The position numbers were made by a program, and so were the translations under genes. Positions 6,964 through 7,067 of a stretch of DNA of 7,067 nucleotides are shown here, piece by piece (the stretch's first letter is position 1; each line of letters begins with the position of its first letter). This stretch comes from Ramazzottius varieornatus (lineage: Eukaryota; Animalia; Tardigrada), in NCBI GenBank assembly GCA_001949185.1, contig BDGG01000040.1:1-7067 (forward strand). Reading direction: 5' to 3'. The notes beneath the pieces are model-generated. The model saw nothing but the letters and a program-made list of their open reading frames with translations, was not told the DNA's origin and did not search any database.

Positions 6964-7067
6964 AGCTTGGCTTCGCTCCGTGAGAAAGTCTTTTTACAGT
7001 TGCAGGGGAGTTAGTACGTCGCTTCTTCACGACCAGTTGACAGAACATAAAGTCCAGATAAATTTAC
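4234..7067 (+). repeat. Direct near-exact duplicate of 711-3545 (about 2.83 kb), probably an assembly artefact
   Basis: Starts at the first base after the gap. Offset is 3523, then 3522 after a 1-nt deletion (AAA at 731-733 vs AA at 4254-4255). All paired ORF-track translations are identical, including those crossing introns. Confidence 0.97.

Noticed and set aside
1-7067. CRISPR array, transposase, tRNA/rRNA, or a prokaryotic defence-type system; also a firm species assignment
   Set aside because: No repeat-spacer pattern, terminal repeats, transposase motifs or RNA-gene signatures seen. The window is explained by spliced animal genes plus a duplicate, and the taxon cannot be fixed without a database search.

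Overview
Eukaryotic (intron-rich, compact-genome animal) DNA, not a prokaryotic locus. The minus strand carries a complete spliced PICK1 gene (PDZ + BAR/arfaptin-homology protein). I reconstructed it by hand as 10 GT-AG-bounded coding exons from 3441 to 495 (1275 nt, 424 aa), plus a probable extra 183-nt frame-preserving exon (2917-3099) that ends in the same EDTL motif as exon 1. Head-to-head with it, 637 bp away on the plus strand, is the first coding exon of mitochondrial ATP synthase subunit d (4079-4200), cut off by a 10-N gap (4224-4233). After the gap, 4234-7067 repeats 711-3545 essentially exactly; the only difference I saw is a 1-nt homopolymer deletion beside the gap, so this is most likely a false duplication made by the assembly. 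Most ORFs in the supplied track are exon/intron read-throughs or antisense shadows. I see no new multi-gene system. The best leads are the alternative PICK1 N-terminal exon, substitutions in PICK1 functional motifs, two stop-free 3n introns, an intronic hairpin and the PICK1/ATP synthase d divergent pair.
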